Shown here: positions 15,355-28,615 of the stretch, piece by piece | Position numbering within the stretch: position 1 is the stretch's first letter | Layout: each line of letters opens with the position of its first letter | NCBI GenBank assembly: GCA_964016885.1 | Contig: OZ024749.1 | Coordinates: 46,748,001-46,812,000, forward strand | Direction: 5' to 3' | From: Eledone cirrhosa | Lineage: Eukaryota | DNA length: 64,000 nt | Translations under genes and position numbers: made by a program | Notes under the pieces: model-generated | Database searches by the model: none | The model's input: the letters and a program-made list of their open reading frames with translations, nothing else | What the model was told of the DNA's origin: nothing

Positions 15355-17086
15355 TTGCATGATAATAACGAAACATGCCCAATCATAATTTCAAACAAAG
15401 ATCTTTTGACTATAAAGAGGTTTGAGATTTCACTACCACGGAAAAAAAAAAATTAATTAGTGGAAACTTTGTTCAGAAATTAGAAAGTAATGAAACATCA
15501 CTCCATAATACATCGTATCATATGTATTTTTACTAATTCCGACATATACGCGTAGCTATTGTGCCGAATTTATGATTTATAATGTATTACATATGAAGAT
15601 GTGTAAAACAAAGAGGCGAAAGAACAACGTATGTTTTCTCCCCTATTAAGAACCCACAAAATATAATAGCAAAGGTAAGCCGCATGAATAAATCATTAGC
15701 TTGATTTAGCTCTAAATAAAGAGTTCATGAGTCTTTGTCGTTTCAAGTATCTGCCTCTAAAATGATATCATTTCTCCAAACATCACTATCAAATCTAATC
15801 TAAATAAAACAAAATTATAAACATAATGTACACTTATATAACTAAAGTAGCAGCAAAATCAAAGCGGCTAAAAGAACAATATACCAAGGCAATCTTGGAA
15901 AAATTTGGGGTTAGCTATTCACAAACTATGAAAAATATATTAATATTTTATTGACAAATCATCTAATTTGAATTTGTTCGACAACTCATATATCGATTGT
16001 GTTGAACAGTAAAATAAAAGAAATTCCTACTTAGGTCAGACGCTTGGTGGGTTTAAACACACGAGTGGATTATAATTTGAAACTAATGATTCTGCTAAAT
16101 AATGGTAAATCAAACACAAATGAAACAAAATCAAGAGCAATAACACTATCAACAGCAACGGTGGCAAAATAGACTCCAACTACTTATCCGCTCCACTCCG
16201 GATAATTCGAGGCCTGGAAAGTTCTGGTGTCAGTATCTTTTTCATTCTAAATAAAACATTAATAAAGAACGTAGAATCAATCTCATTTATCTGATAAAAC
16301 CTTTCTTTGCTGCAGTTTGAAATTATACAATTTGCAATGCCTCGATCTGTAATAATTAGGTGTGTACTTAGTAACTTAGATTCCTATCTACATAATATTG
16401 AGCAAAATACTATATTAACTTCCAGCAATGTATCATTAGTTTGCAATATATTTAGGACTAATTTCTAATCGAGTCTAACTGTTGATTTTTGGATATATTC
16501 AAATTCAAAAACATAATATATTCTGCACCTAATATCTCTTCGAGCCAAGAATAGATGGGAAATGTAACTACTGCCAAGAACTAAAAAAATCAACTATTAA
16601 TCTTATTATAAACGCTACAATACTTACTCTTCATCGTGCACTAAGGAGGAAAACCGATGTAGGATAGTTAAACATTAATTGGAATCTCGAGTCAGAGGTG
16701 TCTAACAATATATATACACAAACGTCTGATCTTCCGATAAATAATTAGATTTTCACACAATAGCGTAATGGATTACTTTCTATTGTTTACTGTTCATTCC
16801 TGACAGAAATCCTAATATCAGTGGTATTACTCTTACACAAACACATCTATATATAACTATGTATGTATGTATGTGAGTCTGTGTATGAATGTTTGCATAT
16901 TTGCATGTATGTATGAATGCATTTATGTATGTATATATGCTTGAATGTATGCATCTATGTGTGTATGCATATAAGTATGTATGAAGTATCTGTGTGGGTT
17001 TTGGAGAGAGTTGATTCGACAAATGAGCGTTAATCACGAAATATAACCACCAGGCCACCTGATTCCACTAAAAGTATTCGCATTAG

Positions 17087-17122
17087 TAGTAGTAGTGGTA
17101 ACATTAATTATAGTAGTAATAA

Positions 17123-17193
<71 letters not shown>

Positions 17194-17329
17194 TCATCAT
17201 CATCATCATCAGCAGCAGTAGTAGGTGTAGTAGAAGTATATAATGTCTGCTGAAATAAAATGCAGAAGTTAAGCTACATATGTTACATTACATTGCATTA
17301 CATTACATTACATTACATTACATTACATT
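17087..17329. repeat. Compound microsatellite: (TAG)n, (CAT)n, (CAG)n, then (CATTA)n
   Basis: Read directly. Confidence 0.93.
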
Positions 17330-18009
17330 TCAACAGCTGTTTCTGTCCTTTGCTCGTCCTTCTCTAAATAATGGAGTTTTACCAGACATCTATTAGCATA
17401 CAATATACATTACTTTAGAAAAAAAGAAATATCTACTTCTTTTGTTAAATTGCAATGCTTCTTAAATAATAGTAGTTTTCTAGCTTATTTTTGATTTTTG
17501 TCCTACTTTATTTATCCTGTTTTCGTCTTTTCCTTTGTTGAATGTTTTATATTTTTATGTTTCGATGAGAGAAAATGATGAAGTAAAACAAATTTCATCT
17601 CATTTGTGTATCCTATCATACAGTCTCTCTCGTGTCGCTTACATTTTACCTTATCTGAATCTGACCCTTTCAATGTAAATATATCAGTCATGAGTGTAAC
17701 GAAAGATGTGAATATCTATTTCTCATTAGAGGTTAAAAAAATCAGTCCAGTTACAAGCGAAAAGTCACAGATAGGGGTTATATGCGAGGTCAACATTATT
17801 TATCACACCCGGCTTGGTGACGTATATATTGGTAATTTTCTTTCCAATTCTAAGGGGAGTTAATAGAAAGATTTCATTAGAAAATGTAAGGTAAATAATT
17901 TTTTTCCTCTCATTTCTGATGACGAATAGAATAATTATGGTCTTCAAACCACCGTAATATAATTTACTGTAACACCATAGTGGACTATTTAACGTGGTAC
18001 ATGTCAGCC

Positions 18010-18720
18010 ATAATTCGATGAGTGTGTGGAATATCGGAACAAGTACAATGTGTGTTTATTAAATGCGTTCAATCTCTACATTGACTCCACGCTTCTCTAT
18101 TCTCTTAGGAAGCTCCTAAATCTACTGCACGAACAATGGGAATAATTCCAATTTCTTCATTGTACACAGCATGTATAATTTCCCGCTTTACATGTCACAT
18201 ACATCATTACTTCTAGCTTCATTGTAATCTCCTTTATACAGAACAAAATCTATTAATATACAGTTTCACACTTCATTGTTTATTACCACAATATGCTGTT
18301 TCCTGTGGAGAGGCTAACGGTCTAAGCCATGATATCTCATACGGTTTTGCATTTCTCATTTCCAAATACACATTCTAGGGTTTCCCTATACAATATCCTT
18401 ACATTCTTAAATTCATAGTTTCAATATAGTTCCCTTGTATCATTCTTTTAATATTGTAGTGTTCTATTTATATTCTCTTTTCTGCTGCTTGGAATACTTG
18501 CTACCAATATGTCATATTACTTCTATTTTCCACCAGCATATTACACTGATTAGTCTTATGATCTATTTCTCACTTCTTATTCTGTCCCCGTTTCTTATGC
18601 CCGTAAGGGTCAAGGCATTACTACCTTTTTATGGTAAAATGTGACTTATTATTAACAACCACCACCTGCTTCCAAACTGCCCATCACTTTTCTTTCCATA
18701 CTATTTTCATGTTTATTACT
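18010..18720 (-). pseudogene. Highly decayed R4/Dong-type non-LTR retrotransposon C-terminus (RLE region)
   Basis: Interrupted minus-strand translation gives WKEK..., HI..KYSK.QKREYK, ECVFGNEKCKTV*D, HIVVINNE..NCILIDF, KREI, IIPIV, LPKRIEKRGVNVEIERI, collinear with the better-preserved copy at 53439-54207. Confidence 0.62.
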
Positions 18721-20804
18721 ACTTCTTTAAACCCCTAATTTTCTATATTATATTATGTTAGAACTATATCAGAATATTTTAACGTAAAGATGGGTATGGT
18801 GCATGGCTTCTGTAGCATCCAAGGTCCTTTACCTCTGAGTTCGCATGAACTTTACATCTTATCATCTTCTTACACTTTTCTGCAGTAAAGTACAAAATAT
18901 TTACATTATACGTTTGCTGAAATGTACCATGCCTCTTAAGAAATTATCATGTACACAAGTCTAGTAATTATAATTCGTTCTTCAGCTAGTTAAGGACAGT
19001 AGTACCAGGCCTTAATAAACAAATTACAGAAGTTTTAATCACTTGAAGTTAAAATTAATCAATTCATTTGACGCTTGGCAAACGATTCACATCATATGCG
19101 TTAACAAGTAGTAGCACAGAAATTGTTGCGTTGTTTGTGATGCAAACTTATCAATATCTGCATAACCTATCCCAAACACACAAAATGCCTGATTATGCGA
19201 TATAGCTAATTACGCAAGCTAAACATATATATCTCAATACTAACTAGCTAAATATATGTGATAATATAAAGGGTTTCAAGAATATTTATAAGATATTTCG
19301 TACATATACAATATTTCCTGTAAATTAAAGAAAAATGGAAACTCAAAGTAAAATATGACATATACAAAATATATGTAATTTTGTCATATGTATTTGTCTA
19401 CATATAGTTTATTCTTCCCCTGCAGCCACACGGGTCGGTGGCGGTTTGACAATACATGTTACAACATGAGTTTAACATTTTAAAACTATACAGATAGATG
19501 TTTCTATAAAATAATACTGCTCAAGAGAAAATGAGCCACTACTTATACCATTGTCGTTTGTCGACATTTGAAATGAAATCACTGCTCACTCTATTAATCA
19601 TACGATTGTAAGCTACGAGTCATGAAAGCTATTATAATATGGACATACCATTTTACAATGATATAACATGCTAAAAATGTCAGGGATCCAAGCTGAGAAA
19701 AAAAAATTGCCTGTATACACATTGCCTGTATACACATACACACACACACCGACACAGACACGCACACACACAGACATATATATATATATATATATATGTG
19801 TGTTTATATATATGTGTGTGTTGGTATCCTGTTTTTGGTGTTGTTACTTCTATTTAAATAATATTAATTTCCGTAATATCTCTGCTGATTTCACGAGAAG
19901 TATGATGTGCGTATTCTATGAATTTGTGAATATTGGGGTTTGGGTTATCTGTCGTTGTGTGTGTTTTCTCCTTTTTTCCAGAGTAATTATTATTATATGG
20001 ATTGTTTCTTTGTTCAATCATCCATATTAGAGATATATCTATTTCCAGATATTTGGATAATTTATTCATTTCCCTGACATGCACTTTGTAGTTTCCCATG
20101 TGTGTATGAGTACGTGATGATTTTATAAGAATCCTTAGAAGTTGGTTCTGCGATATCACACAAAAATGAAAGGTAAAACCTAGTAACTCAGACTAACCCA
20201 TCTTTTGAAGAGAGAATCACGCTTTCAGTTCTGGGAAACCTACGACTCCACTATAAATGTTACACTCGATATATATTAAAATATTCTATCATAGATCTTG
20301 TTGGTCATGTCTGATTTGTGATAAATATCAATATTTTTTATTCATTTTGTATAATTTGTATCACATCTTTTATTTCATCAAATTTTAATTTGTATGAAAA
20401 TTAATTTACAGAATCAACAGGAATCTCAAAATATGCCAAACACTAAGATCGATTGTACGACCTTTCGTTTGGCTTTCAGTTTAAAAAAAATGTTTATGAA
20501 TATTAATGAATAAAATGAGCTTATTATCATGCTTGTATCAATACAAAAATATAGAAGTTATTCAAAGCAAAGTTCTTATTTTAAAAGCAGTGTATGTACG
20601 AACGTTTTACAACAATTCGCATTTTAAAAAGTTCACATTAACTTTGTAGCGTATGAATCAATCTTAGGAAGTGAGGCATCATTCTTATTTACACAGGCCG
20701 ATAAAGTAAATAGAGAAGCATGCTTCCCTAGTTATATATATGTATATACTGAGAGAAGAGAAGGAGATGGCGAGAGAGAGAGATAAAGATAGATAGATAG
20801 ATAT

Positions 20805-20887
<83 letters not shown>

Positions 20888-21022
20888 AGTAGTATCTCGA
20901 ACGACTCTTTGGTCCCAGCAACGCGTACCCTTTCTTTGTCTCTCTCTCTATATATCCCCATCTCTGTGTGCCTCTTTCTCAGTAAATATATAACATATAT
21001 ATATATATATATTTGTGTGTGT

Positions 21023-21064
<42 letters not shown>

Positions 21065-21065
<1 letters not shown>

Positions 21066-21490
21066 GATAAATCTACCAAGAGTTTACGGTAGTGTCCAAT
21101 CCGTATGAAGAACTCAATGTATTCCGGATATCATGGAAAGAAGAGATGTAATGAAAAACCACTTTCGGTGAAAGATAAACGGTATACAGAGTCAAGATAA
21201 AATATTAAACAAATAATGAATAAACAATTCCTTATATTAAACAAAAAAAGTTCATTATTTAACGATCGTTTCTAGGATATATATGTGTTAGAATTGGTAT
21301 GCATATTCAACAGATCTATGTACAAAATTATACAAAATTATACAAATTATCAAGATTAAATATACATACCAAACACATATATACGCCGTCTTCAGAAATA
21401 ATGAAGTATATTTATTGATAATAACAACAATTCAAAATTTCAGTTCAAAATTGACCAATGAAAACACAAAGGGTTAAATGCAGTTCGGTG
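21065..21490 (-). mobile_element. (TA)n-flanked non-coding repeat containing a long-stem-II HHR
   Basis: Bounded by (TA)n tracts at about 21027-21062 and 21529-21665; contains the HHR at 21251-21405. Confidence 0.55.
21251..21405 (-). ncRNA. Type I hammerhead ribozyme motif with extended stem II
   Basis: Minus strand: ttcattattt-CTGAAGA-[~116-nt hairpin with tatatatgtgt/acacatatata and ttggtatg/cataccaa pairings]-GAAAC-gatc-GTT-aaataatgaa; perfect 10-bp stem I; palindromic stem III ACGATCGT. Confidence 0.75.
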
Positions 21491-21527
21491 TGTGTATATA
21501 CATGTAAAACTCTTACACATATTCATT

Positions 21528-21664
<137 letters not shown>

Positions 21665-21735
21665 ACATAAAATTACAAGAAACGAAGTTATTGTAAACAT
21701 AGTTTAAGATGGTAATGTGGACGAATCAAGGGAGG

Positions 21736-21783
21736 AAACCCTTCATCAGCTGTTAACTGCAGATCATGGATGTTTCGGCGCTT
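21736..21783 (-). ncRNA. Possible type II (permuted) hammerhead motif with one core substitution
   Basis: Minus strand: aagcgcc-GAAAC-a-tcca-t-G(A)T-ctg-cagttaa-cag-CTGATGA-a-gggttt. Confidence 0.35.
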
Positions 21784-22534
21784 AAAACAGAAGATAGTGA
21801 AGAGTGAGGAAAAAAGATAAAATAAGGAAAGATGAAAAACGAAGTAAACTAACCGAATGAAAGCGGGGCTCCGGACAATGGCACATGCAAGTGAGTAACC
21901 AAGGAGAAAATGGAAACAGTTAAACGAATCGATTAGACTTGCGTCCTATGGCTAATACAACTGCGGAGGGAGGATTTTCCGTGCGATCTCAGCAAAGTGA
22001 GTGTAGATAGAGAGAGAGAGATAGACGGAGAAACCGGAATTGAGAGGGAGAAGGGAAAGGGAGATAATCCAAAAGAGGTTACGACATGCATGAGACCAGG
22101 TCGAAAACAAGCAGATGGATAGAGAGAGAGAGGGAGAGAAAGAGTGAGAGAAAATGAAGGGAGAGAAGGAAAGAGTCGATATATGGAAATGGTGCTGTGC
22201 TAATGTATGTGTTTAAATAAACATCACTTTATAATGGCGACATACTTGCAAAAAGACAACATTGAGTTTTAAAGAAATATATAGCAGATATTCTGAACAT
22301 GACGCGTATTCCAATGAAACAAATCCACATGCGGTTCAACCATCTCTTATATAATTCAGTCTTGAATTATTGTTTCATGGCATTCAAATATGATGAATTC
22401 GTTTGTTACGTTTGAAATCACTTTATACATTTTAGAAGAAATTCTTTATGTTGTGTTATATAACGTCAGGCTATGAAAGAACTTATCTCTCGCTCCCTCT
22501 TTATTTCTCTCTCATTTTCTCCCCCCCCCCTCTC

Positions 22535-22614
<80 letters not shown>

Positions 22615-22649
22615 TATATATACATGTGTGTGTCTATTTATATATATAT

Positions 22650-22683
<34 letters not shown>

Positions 22684-24045
22684 TTAAATACCGGAAACGA
22701 TATACTACGACTCTTTCAATATACTACTGGAGTTGTTTTGAAGAATATTTCAATTCTTTGAATAGTGAAAGTATAACGAATATAACGTGACATAAATAAA
22801 GAAAGGGGAATCGCGAGAACAAAAATCAATACTGCAAAACTATGACGTATTGTAAACGAGGTATATCATTTTAATACGCTCCTCCGTTAGTAGTGGAGCT
22901 TTGGCTTAAATAACTTTATACCTTCGATAATAACATTTAAAATACATTATTATTTCGATATATATTGGTTTTCATTGTATAAATACATCTTTGAATCTAC
23001 TGAGTATCCATTGTATATCATTATCTATTTCTTTTTATCTATCCTTTACGCTCTTTCTACCATTCCTACTATTACACGCAATATCTTGTACGTCCGTCGC
23101 TTTCTCTCTTTCGTTTGCCTCGATCTATTTCATGCATATACAAAGCACTACATTGTTATTGCTTGATATTCCCCGAGACCTCATTATATCTTATATTCAT
23201 GCACACATATTCCAGGATCAGTAGTCGCAGCAGCTGCAATGATAGTAAATACATAACAACATCTCGGAATGTTGCACAGTGTATTCACTGGTTAAAGGCT
23301 CGTTACTAATGGGCACGAACGTTAGCAGAATTGATAGATTTTTCGAGTATCTTCAGAATTCCAATACGCTGATATCAGAGTAGGATATTAATGTTTGCTG
23401 AATTTATAGAGATTCTGTATTGATTATTTTTAGATATTCAATGAGAGATAATAACTTTAAGGTCTAGTTCAGTTTGTGGAACTGTCCCAATATAGCATTT
23501 ATGCGACAATTTGGAAAGCGGTTAGTGAATACCATTAGACATTCTCCTCCATCTTCTGTTACTGATATCCATCTCATGTTACTGATAAACCATATCCGAT
23601 TTCTCAAATTGATTCCCTTACCACACTGTCTATACGGTCTGGTTGTATGTGGTTGTATTTTTGCAAGCGTGTGTGCTTATGTGCAATAATAGAAAGGTAA
23701 ATATACATATAACGACGGTCAGAAGAGTAGTAACATAATATTTTAGTAAGAGAAACATTCCATATTGTGGTTCGACATATGTTTAAATAAACACAATCTG
23801 AAATTTGAAAGTTTACTTTAAACTTAAACATGTAATACAATCTACTAACTATTACACACTATATACACATCTAAATCACTCCGTTAGATAGCATTCTTAA
23901 TTAATGAAACCGTATAGCATTACATAATTGCACCAGTAATGACCCTCCTCATTAATTGCTTCTCTTGACCTGACATGGGAAACATTAAAGAAATCATCAT
24001 GATCATCAATATTATTGTTGTCGCTATTATTATTAATAAGTGTGG

Positions 24046-24265
24046 TAGGGCGGTGGATTTGCAGTATCGGTAGAGAGTCGGACACCATGCTTCGAAGCAT
24101 AGAGTTACGGCCCTTTACAGTATGTGGTCAAATCCCGCCGACGTTAATGTTGCCTTTCATCCTTACGTGGTCGATAAAATAATGTACCAGTCACACACTG
24201 GGTTCGATTTAATCGGCTATCTCCTCCTCCAAAATTGCTGGCTTTGTGCCTATATAAGAAACCAG
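24046..24265 (+). mobile_element. SINE family A, long form
   Basis: Extra ~30-bp central segment (ttcgatttaatcggctatctcctcctccaaaa); TSD tatta(a/c)taagtgtgg at 24031-24045 and 24266-24280. Confidence 0.92.
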
Positions 24266-24280
24266 TATTACTAAGTGTGG

Positions 24281-24490
24281 GGGAGTGGCAAGTCGTGGCA
24301 AAACGTCTGATAAGCTTCTCGCCTTAGAGTTATGATCCTTTAACTTCCAGTTCAAATCTAGAAAAGGCCTGCTTTGATTTTCATCCTCACGGGGTCGATA
24401 GAATAAAGTACCAGTAACATTCTTGGTTTGATAAATCGAATTTCACTTCCCCTCGCCAAGGTTGGCCTCGTGTCTGCATCAAAATCATTA
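24281..24490 (+). mobile_element. Older diverged SINE family A (long form)
   Basis: gttcaaatc ... tttcatcctcacggggtcgatagaataaagtaccagt; directly downstream of the previous copy. Confidence 0.82.
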
Positions 24491-25675
24491 TTGTTATGGT
24501 TATTTATTGTTATATCTGGCGATAGTCATGATCCTAGTATTGCCAATAAAAAGAATCTCACTGACCCTATGCTGTTCACGTATCTTTATTAATAGTTAAT
24601 ATTTCATCAAAGTTCTTTCGGCACGCATTCCGCCAACTCCACTTTTGTGCCTTCTCTTGTTTCTTCTATTCCAACTTGTTGTTTGTTTTATTAAAGCAAA
24701 AGACAAATCTGAGTAGCTGATTAAGTTAAGAGAGAAGAGGAGGTGGCCATATCATCCTCGTTATTGTAATGTATTTATTCTATAACTATTGTATTTCGGC
24801 CTCTCTCATATTTTGATAATTTGAAATCGGCAATTAACAGTTGGTCTTGTATTATCGTCTATGGTATTTCTTCTTCTTGCAGAATACAAATCACTTGTGC
24901 AATCATACTTGTTTACAGATATCTTAGTAATCGGAGACACGTTTCTAGGCTCTAGCTTCAGATTTGCCTGCAATTCAGTTTTTCCTTCATAAGCAGGCTT
25001 GTTTTGTGTTAGTCATTCAACATAAAAACCAGCCATTCCGGAGACTTGCAATTCAACGGTATTCCAGGACCTGGTTCGGTCTTGTCAATTCCTGTAGCCG
25101 TTGTGCCAAACGGCCTTCAAATGAGACAGTTTATACCTTAGTTTTCAATGATGCCCAGAATGATTATCAGATACAACTGATACTGTATTTCTTTCTTTTC
25201 AAATCTATCCATTCCCTGTTAGTGGTGGTGCTACGCATATTGCTCAATATATCATTCTACAAATACGTGCGACACTCCCAATCTGGTACTTAATTGTTCT
25301 GCCCTTCTGCTCTCCACCTTCTCCGTTAATCAGCTATGAATATGCTGCAACAACCTTTTCTGCTGTTTCTGGTATATGACACACATGAAACAAGGATATA
25401 TTGTATAACATTTGGTTGTCTTTATCTCATTTCTTCATGGAACTACAGTGAACAGTTTCAGTATTCGGTTTCAATATCAATGAAGACGGAAAACATCACG
25501 AACAGGTGCGACACAAAATTAGAACTATATAGCTCTCATAATCAGACTGAGATTTTCTACATGTTCTATGTTACGAATTGGTCTAAGCTCCGTTATCTAT
25601 TTACACACACACACGCTTCTTTGCATAAAATATTACTCACAAATAAACATACTCATAGGAATATGTATGAATGTA

Positions 25676-25730
<55 letters not shown>

Positions 25731-25737
25731 AAAATAT

Positions 25738-25782
<45 letters not shown>

Positions 25783-25784
<2 letters not shown>

Positions 25785-25965
25785 CGAAGGAAATGTGGTA
25801 AGGAACCATATGGACCATAACGTACCAAAGTACTCAATACTTAGGGTAGTTGAGTGGGTAATAGGATCGAGTAGGACCCAGAATCAGAGCTCAAGCCGTT
25901 TCGACGGCTAATTCTGGACTAGCCGTCGAAACGGCTTGAGCTCAGCCGTCGGGGTCCTACTCGTT

Positions 25966-25970
<5 letters not shown>
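25783..25970 (-). mobile_element. Fold-back half-hammerhead element (family P), copy 1
   Basis: Palindrome 25861-25970 containing GAAAC-GGCT-tgagctc-AGCC-GTC (25928-25950); ~80-bp unique tail 25783-25860 shared with the other three copies; (TA)n flanks. Confidence 0.88.
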
Positions 25971-26025
<55 letters not shown>

Positions 26026-27841
26026 ATTTATTTATGCTTCAGACAAACCTGTCCGACCCCACCCACACACGTATACATATATAAATATATATATTTATCT
26101 GTGTGTATGTGTGTGTGTGAATATATATATATTGCAGTACTATTTCGAGTGAATTACTTCTCATTTTATGTGTATATATTCGTCGAAAAATATAATATTG
26201 AATAAGTTATGTTTTGAATACATAATCATTTTTTTTTTTTAATTAAATTTTGGAATATTACCATTACTCTCTATATAATAGTAGACCTGAAAATCTATTC
26301 ACAGTGTCTAGCCGCCAATTTTATCTGAAAATGCCCGAATAGATGTCTTTACAAGCTGCTAAGTATCATTTCTATTTTCAACAGAACACATCCGAATACA
26401 AACTGAATATCCTGGGATCCAGGTTTGTGACTAATATAATTATCAGATACAGATTAAAGCATAATTGAATACAGCAACGAAAAATACCTGAAGTTATGTT
26501 TGCATCAGAAATTTAATATATACTACGCCATTTGTTTCAAAATATATCACGCTGAAATAATGCTGGTTAAAATACAGTAGCAAACGAACAAGTAACACAC
26601 CCGCAAACACACAATCTTTTATACATAATAGTACATCATATACATATAGCAACGTATTTAATCATATCTTCGGCACACACTGTGAATAGAGTACCTTGCG
26701 GCATAATATGACTTTGTATTGTACTATGATATATTTTCTTCGTATAATTGAAATATCTCTATAATGAAACACGTCTGTGGATGTAGGTATATAAGGAAAC
26801 CCGCTGGATCATATCCGCAATTTAGTTTATTATCAAAAGTAAATTATTACATGAAACGATGCATGATGGCAGAAAACTGCTACACAGTAACTGAATACAA
26901 CCAAGAATTATTTCGTGGATATCAACGTGGCACAGAGATGATAATTGTTGTGGATGCAAATCATTTCGATATCAAAGGAAAGGAAATAGCCATTAAACAA
27001 TATATGAGTCTAAACGACATTGGATCATACTTATAAAATATTTCGTTCGATATTTCCTATGAAAGATAGGGCAGAATTGAGGCATTGTCACATAATCGAG
27101 TGGAAAAAAAACCCGTTTTACATCGTAAACTGCATATAAGGATATATATCTTTCTGTAGTGTTATACTCTTAAACGTTGGTATCCATCGATGTTATTAAG
27201 ATTTGTAAGGAATCAATGACTATAACATGGACAACGCGTCTCTGAACTGGAAAGGCTTATCAAACGGCTATTTGAGAGAGAAAACGTTATGAGTTAATGA
27301 AATACAAAATAGTTACATGCATCTGAACATGTTTATCGATTACTCAAGCATATTTCTTTATAAGGCAATTTCCGACCACACAATCGTAATTTACACGAAA
27401 TGTCACTTAAACCTATTACACGGAAATTATTAAAAAATACTCCTTACAGATTGTTTACGCAAATAAACAATAAATGAGTAAGGGAAAAAAAATCAATGCG
27501 TATTTAAGTCTATATGTGGATTACAAAAGAAGGAAATGGGTTATTACAACAAAAAAATATTCTTAGTAAAAATGATAATGATGGTAATAATGACTAGGGA
27601 TTTGGGAATATCGATGATGACGATGAGGATGATGATGATATTGTATATAATTATGGTGATGATAAAGAAAATGCTTCAGAGATGTTGGTAAAGAAGAACG
27701 TGATGCTTGTTATTACCATGTCAAATCTGAAAATGATAATGGCCTGGATGGCGGCAAATGTTTGGATGGGTGTTAGGATGATTAGGTTGATGGTTAATGG
27801 TTGATGGCGTACCGTTTACGGACGCTTTAGCATCCCACACC

Positions 27842-27891
<50 letters not shown>

Positions 27892-27940
27892 CTCTATCTC
27901 CAACTTATTTTTGAAAAAAAATAGAAATGCGCAACCGGTG
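27892..27940 (+). mobile_element. Decayed third copy of the U3-A8 HHR repeat (family Q)
   Basis: ctctatctccaacttatttttgaaaa...gcgcaaccggt aligns to 39093-39140. Confidence 0.55.
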
Positions 27941-28056
27941 AAACCTTAAAACTAAAACTGAATACTAACTAATACTTATTACTAATTTATACTTATTCCT
28001 AATTAAACTATTTCTCACTGGGAACAAATTGTCAGCATTTTATTTTCCTTTTACTA

Positions 28057-28099
<43 letters not shown>

Positions 28100-28176
28100 C
28101 GTGTGTGTGTATGTGTGTGTGTGTAAATGCATTTCTATTAGTGCATAATAATTAGTTTATTTAAGCATAGATATAT

Positions 28177-28615
28177 GTATACATACGTATAGTAGTATGT
28201 ATATACATACATGCACACACATATATATATATATATATATGTAGGTATGGGTTTACCGAACATTTATTATAATGCTCGGTTTGTTTGTAAACAAACAGTT
28301 TATTATGTATATTCCTTATGCATATTAACGGCTGCTCAGCCGTTAACATGCATAAGGGACGTATATACTTTCAAACGTTCAATTAACTGACAGGTAGGTA
28401 TACGGTGCTGATGACAGATAATAAGCTAGAAACTAGTTCCTCGTTCCTTTGTCAGTGTTGAACAAAATGGCAACGATGGTTGTCGAACACAGTGCGGCTA
28501 ATAATTCAGCTGTTTGTTTACAAACAATCCAAGCATTTTAATAAATGTTCGGTAAACCGATACGTATATATATATATGGGTGTGTTTATATGCATACTAC
28601 TGTACGTCTGTATAC
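28177..28615. mobile_element. Long inverted-repeat element with a central HHR
   Basis: Inner arms 28246-28298 and 28510-28562 (gtttaccgaacatttatta...gtaaacaaacag and its reverse complement); pairing continues outward through the (TA)n tracts to about 28177/28615. Confidence 0.8.
28402..28444 (+). ncRNA. Minimal type I hammerhead ribozyme motif
   Basis: acggtg-CTGATGA-cagataataagcta-GAAAC-ta-GTT-cctcgt; palindromic stem III ACTAGT; stem I pairs at 5 of 6 positions; weak stem II. Confidence 0.6.

Noticed and set aside
16168-16370. Possible Tigger/pogo-like MITE ends (ttatccg / cggataattcgag)
   Set aside because: TIRs too degenerate and no TSD.
17331-17400. Minus-strand GAAACAGCTGTT palindrome with ctaataga upstream
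   Set aside because: 5' core too degenerate and no stem I; possibly a dead HHR but not supportable.
24640-25360. Possible ancient non-LTR RT relic on the minus strand
   Set aside because: Only faint similarity (KEKLN, IDDNTR); too decayed to call by eye.
27802-27840. Minus-strand ggatgc-taaa-gcgtcc-gtaaac hairpin beside (TA)n
   Set aside because: Resembles an HHR stem II, but both core segments are absent or altered.
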